Positions 62,195 through 64,000 of a DNA stretch of 64,000 nt are shown here, one piece after another (position 1 is the first letter of the stretch; each line of letters opens with the position of its first letter). The DNA is taken from the NCBI RefSeq assembly GCF_963921235.1, contig NC_086107.1, forward strand, positions 106,332,001 to 106,396,000, in the 5' to 3' direction. This stretch comes from Mobula hypostoma (taxonomy: Eukaryota). Both the position numbers and the translations under genes were made by a program. A model generated the notes under the pieces. It saw only the letters and a list, made by a program, of their open reading frames with translations. It searched no databases and was not told the origin of the DNA.

Positions 62195-62554
62195 CCGCTT
62201 CCAGTGCCAACACACCATGCCCACAACTCACTGACCCTAACTGCACGTCTTTGGAAAGTGGGAGGAACCCACGTGGTCACAGGGAGAACGTACAAACTCC
62301 TTACAGACAGCAGTGGGGATGGGGTTTCAACATTACATCTGGTGCTGGGAAGTGTTGCACGTACCACTACATTACTGTACCACCCAGGGCCCAGAGGTGA
62401 GACACGGAAACTCATCAGCACTCCTGATCGAGGTCAGGGCAGACTCACCTTCCTCCTTCAACGTTTTCTTAATGCCAGAATGAAGGGCATGAAGAGGCCA
62501 AAATTCCTGACTTGTGTATGTAAATAGTTGTGATATACCAGTTATCACTGTCTG

Positions 62555-62945
62555 CTATGGGGGGCACTGCACAGGATCAAAGTAAGCTGCAGAGAGTTGT
62601 AAACTCAGTCAGCTCCATCATGGGCACCAGCCTCCGTAGCATCCAGGACATCTTCAAGGAGCTGTGCCTCAGGAAGACAGCGTCCATCGTTAAGGACCCC
62701 CACCACCCGGGCCATGCTTGTTCTCATTACTACCATCAGGGAGGAGGTACAGGAGCCTGAAGACACACACTCAGTGATTCAGGAACAGCTCCTTCCCCTC
62801 TGCCATCTGATTTCTGAATGAGCATTGAACCCATGAACATTAATTCACTACTTCTTAAAAAAAAAAATTTCCCCTCAGTTATTAAGCATTGCACTGCTGC
62901 TGCAAGCTAACAAATTTCATGATATTAAACCTGATTCAGATTCTG
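62555..62945 (+). mobile_element. Rex1-like LINE 3' fragment
   Basis: KLQRVVNSVSSIMGT...IVKDPHHPGH. Confidence 0.7.
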
Positions 62946-63335
62946 GAGTGTACGAACTTGTTAAATACAATCCAGTGAACAAAAATAATTTGAACCAGTG
63001 CTGATGCCTCAGTATCTTGCAACCAGAGTGCCGCCCCCACCCCGCCTCCTACTCCCAGTGGGGGATGTCACATCTATTTTGTCTGCTTTGCTTGCAGGGA
63101 ATTTTCCCAATTAACGCATCTTGTTCCACATCCGGGTCTCCGGTGCTGCGAAGCAGTAAGCTTACTATTTGTGCCATTGTGTCAAGGAGATGGCGGCAAT
63201 GCTCAGTTGGCTAAATCCCTCTAAATGTAAACACCCCCGCCACGTTCCCTCAGCAAAACAGTAATCACAGGGTCTGGACTATATACATATATGTTTTCCA
63301 TGACTGTTTTACTGATATCCTACCTGTGCTTACTA

Positions 63336-63884
63336 CAGACATCCCACCCTGCAAAAACTCATTTCAGGGAGGTAGCACCATCAATTTGGGGGAGACTCCC
63401 GGAACTTCCGGGAGAGGTGGGATGTCTGCAACAGAGTAGCTCCTTAGCAGCCAGCCAGCTAGTTTAACTAACATTAGCTATGCTAATGAACGAATGACAC
63501 CTGTTAAACTCACCTCAACATGTCTTTTACAGTCTAACCCACCATGGGCAATAGAAGAGTCACTGTTGCAAACAGTGCAGCGAGCAACACTGTCATTATT
63601 TTTGACCCCTATTAGGCAGGGGTACACTTTAGTGTAGTCTGGGGTGACGTACGTTTTATATTTTCTTTTTCTGGAACACTCTGCCATGGCGTGCTCTCGC
63701 TCTCTCTCTCTCGCGTGCTCTCTCTCTCTCTCTCTCGTGGTCGCTCTCACGCTCTCTCTTGCTTTCTCTCGCTCGCTCTCAAAAAAATTGATTTCCGTGA
63801 TATTGTATATAATTTGTGGGCATCAGGGAGCCACTATTAATATGCGGGAGACTCCTGGAACTTCCGGGAGAGGTGGGATGTCTG
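63336..63884 (-). mobile_element. hAT-type deletion derivative with a 6-bp TSD and zinc-finger transposase exon
   Basis: 13-bp TIR cagacatcccacc / ggtgggatgtctg, TSD TTACTA (63330-63335 and 63885-63890), and peptide ARCTVCNSDSSIAHGGLDCKRH followed by a GTGAG donor. Confidence 0.75.
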
Positions 63885-64000
63885 TTACTATCTTGTATGT
63901 GTGAGAGCTAGGCCTCAAACCATGGTGTTGCCTGTTTACAGTGCCGGGAGAAAGGTGTCAGAGCCAGTGTGCTCCACCAGAGGCAGTGTGGCGCAGTGTC

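Noticed and set aside
62990..63012. RHQHW on the minus strand as part of the JOSD1 catalytic exon (KRQHW)
   Set aside because: Flanking residues do not match Josephin and no fitting splice sites were seen.

Overview
Eukaryotic, repeat-dense vertebrate DNA. The repeat landscape (V-type SINEs, CR1, Rex1-like, Tx1 and Penelope-like elements) suggests a cartilaginous fish; this is an inference. Two host genes lie on the minus strand. CBX7 (Polycomb chromobox) has five coding exons with canonical GT-AG junctions (22193-22125, 10947-10904, 6010-5945, 3147-3081, 398-62); its last exon is beyond the left edge. JOSD1 (Josephin-1 deubiquitinase) contributes only its terminal coding exon (59823-59724), followed by a repeat-poor stretch of about 5 kb that is probably its 3' UTR. 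Nearly all ORFs in the supplied track are chance ORFs or transposon remnants. The most striking non-genic signal is a dispersed family of minimal type I hammerhead ribozyme motifs (CUGANGA-A-stem II-GAAA-CG-UH) carried by Penelope-like GIY-YIG retroelements. One is a compact, TSD-flanked, retrozyme-like unit of about 360 nt (46664-47117) whose 5' end falls 2 nt after the predicted self-cleavage site. Other notable elements are a Chapaev3 deletion derivative, a hAT derivative with a 6-bp TSD, a solo LTR, tRNA-SINEs with swapped 3' modules and multi-level nested insertions. No prokaryotic systems, CRISPR arrays or RNA genes were found.
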